From an archaeon (lineage in GTDB: Archaea; Nanobdellota; Nanobdellia; SCGC-AAA011-G17; GW2011-AR17): a stretch of 64,000 nt of DNA. Position 1 is the stretch's first letter, and every line of letters starts with the position of its first letter. Shown piece after piece: positions 63,423-64,000 of this stretch. The stretch lies in NCBI GenBank assembly GCA_018692925.1, contig JABHLH010000019.1, forward strand, positions 63,322 to 127,321, given 5' to 3'. A program made the position numbers and the translations under genes. The notes below the pieces were generated by a model that saw only the letters and a program-made list of their open reading frames with translations, was not told the DNA's origin and did not search any database.

Positions 63423-64000
63423 ATGTTTAGCAAGAAAGAGATTTTTCCATTAATTATTTCAATTTTAGTTCTAGCATTAGCTCTTGGATTAGATGATGGA
63501 ACAGAAGTGTTTGAATTGTCATATTGGTTAAGTAATTTAGTTATGGTTACTTTGATGGTTGCAGTTTCTTTCTTAATACATCAACTTGCTCACAAATGGA
63601 TTGCTAAAAGACAAGGATTTATTGCAGAATATAAATTGTGGGGGATTAAATCATTTAGATGGATGCCTCAATCTATTATTAGAAGAACAAACCATTTCTT
63701 TCCGAGAAAAATAAACTTTTTGGGAAAAAGGTATGAAATTAAATCTTTTCCAATTGGAGTTGTTATCTCATTAATTATTACATTGATAAGTAACGGTAAA
63801 CTTTTCTTCTTAGCTTTAGGAGAATATAATCTTTTATTGAAAAGAGGATCTAGAGTTGGAAAAAAATATGTTCACGTTACAGATTATGAAGATGCAAAGA
63901 TTGCTTTGGCAGGACCTATGTCTCATATTGTATTATTATTAATTGCAGGATTTTTTAATTCCTATGGAACTTTAGATAATTTTATTTTCATTAACGCTGC
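63423..64000 (+). CDS. polytopic membrane protein, 3' partial (runs off window)
   Basis: ATG at 63423, open to the window end. Several TM helices and an HQLAHKW motif. Confidence 0.35.
   Translation, partial: MFSKKEIFPLIISILVLALALGLDDGTEVFELSYWLSNLVMVTLMVAVSFLIHQLAHKWIAKRQGFIAEYKLWGIKSFRWMPQSIIRRTNHFFPRKINFLGKRYEIKSFPIGVVISLIITLISNGKLFFLALGEYNLLLKRGSRVGKKYVHVTDYEDAKIALAGPMSHIVLLLIAGFFNSYGTLDNFIFINA

Overview
The window reads as a contiguous piece of an AT-rich (about 30% GC by eye) archaeal chromosome, probably a DPANN-like small-genome lineage. Evidence for archaeal origin: eukaryote-type r-proteins (S4e, L32e, L19e, L34e, L14e), aIF1/SUI1 and RNase P Rpp29 inside the r-protein operon, BRE/TATA promoters feeding leaderless ATGs, C1:G72 in tRNA-Tyr, intron-containing tRNAs, and Lys-rich C-terminal tails on many proteins. 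Layout: (1) 17-10226, conserved r-protein operon L22 through SecY on the + strand (bases 1-9 are the last codons of the upstream gene, probably S19). (2) 10.2-16.9 kb, housekeeping genes: Oxa1-like DUF106, CYTH, L34e, L14e, prefoldin alpha, HD hydrolase, primase PriS with an unusual C-terminal extension, a stand-alone Cas4-like nuclease, ProC. (3) 5S rRNA at about 16.94 kb, followed by about 6 kb of unannotatable genes (17.1-22.9 kb), including a large protein with a degenerate C-terminal GHKL/HATPase fold. (4) 23-40 kb: PaaK-like adenylating enzyme, hydrolase, Mre11-Rad50, TsaC, surface proteins, intron-containing tRNA-Tyr, Pth2, an acidic Cys-repeat secreted protein with tandemly duplicated acidic lipoproteins, DRG GTPase, mini-MscS, DtdA, GalE, Ugd, MTAP. 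(5) 40.2-41.0 kb: tRNA-Trp carrying an apparently non-canonical T-arm intron, directly abutted by a free-standing LAGLIDADG homing endonuclease. (6) 41.1-56.9 kb: a long minus-strand type IV/Tad-like pilus locus (FlaI/TadA-like ATPase, FlaJ/TadC-like platform, at least 9 pilin-like genes) split by an embedded copper-resistance module (CopA, CopZ, HMA-membrane protein with a (CGGG)n tail, membrane-tethered wHTH regulator with upstream operator repeats). (7) 57-64 kb: coiled-coil/Q-rich proteins, three tandem paralogous membrane proteins, PRC-barrel, TraB, P-loop kinase, DUF218. No CRISPR array, transposase or integrase was seen. All functional calls come from motif recognition by eye; none was verified by search.
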